DNA from: Octopus bimaculoides
Taxonomy: Eukaryota
Reading direction: 5' to 3'
Length of the DNA stretch: 64,000 bases
Assembly (NCBI RefSeq): GCF_001194135.2
Contig: NC_068988.1
Span: 94,270,556-94,334,555, forward strand
Shown here: positions 63,551 through 64,000 of the stretch, in pieces
Numbering within the stretch: the stretch's first letter is position 1
Layout: every line of letters begins with the position of its first letter
Made by a program: the position numbers and the translations under genes
The notes under the pieces: generated by a model
Told to the model about the DNA's origin: nothing
Seen by the model: only the letters and a program-made list of their open reading frames with translations
Database searches by the model: none

Positions 63551-64000
63551 GGAGGAGAAGAAGAAGAAGTAGAAGAAGAAGAAGAAGAAGAAGAAGAAGA
63601 AGAAGAAGAAGAAGAAGAAGAAGAAGAAGGGAGTATGAAAGGAGGGAAAAGGTACTTTTATAGTTAGACAATCAGGACGTTGGAAGGAAAAAAAAACGTC
63701 AGGCGATCTAAGAGTAATTTCGAGTCCCAAGCTGGGGTTTCTTATCAAATTTCACGGAGCTGTGATATATTTCTTTTCTAAAGAGTGGCCCGTCAGATTT
63801 TCATAGGTCAATGCATGCATTCCGTGGCTCTGTAGCAATGCAGAACCAGCGGATCGGGATTTCATTGATGTAAACCTTTGTGACATTTTGAAGTCATCTT
63901 TTGACAGATAAACAGGTAAAAGTGAACGTCGTGCCAAGCTCTATGAAAGATATTTACGAAACCCCATTAAAAAACAGCCTCGGAATAAGAGAGAACTATT
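63551..64000. repeat. Direct duplicate of 62394-63063 (probable assembly redundancy)
   Basis: 63551 onward matches 62394-62449, and 63901-64000 is identical to 62964-63063. The copies are separated by a 10-N placeholder. Confidence 0.85.

Noticed and set aside
1243-63748. Dozens of ORFs made of YI, HT, CV, LS, RE, poly-N/D/Y/S/R or X runs
   Set aside because: They are translations of microsatellites and N-gaps, which lack stop codons in some frames; there is no coding signal.
63752-63937. 61-aa minus ORF MARRSLLPVYLSKDDFKMSQ..
   Set aside because: It starts at TTG right after an in-frame stop, has no known similarity, and lies in the duplicated segment.

Overview
AT-rich eukaryotic genomic DNA from a short-read-style assembly, with 17 N-gaps that all sit in microsatellites. 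The SINE families and repeat load suggest a coleoid cephalopod, most likely Octopus (inference from memory of these families, not from a search). No host protein-coding gene can be named, and nearly all ORFs in the track are microsatellite or gap artefacts. The window contains: about 20 copies of one tRNA-derived SINE family; at least three other SINE types; 3' relics of CR1/L2-group, R4/Dong-like and RTE-like LINEs; mariner/Tc1 deletion derivatives; a 333-bp foldback MITE; and a four-copy Penelope-like repeat. The best leads are: (1) a degenerate minimal hammerhead-ribozyme fold in the Penelope-like repeat, with a covarying stem II; (2) a SINE/LINE shared 3' tail visible within the window; (3) a Dong-like insertion in a (TAA)n array; (4) an orphan CRE/CCAAT/TATA promoter at about 36.8 kb with possible downstream exons; (5) the foldback hairpin. 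The last 1.6 kb looks like a false duplication in the assembly.
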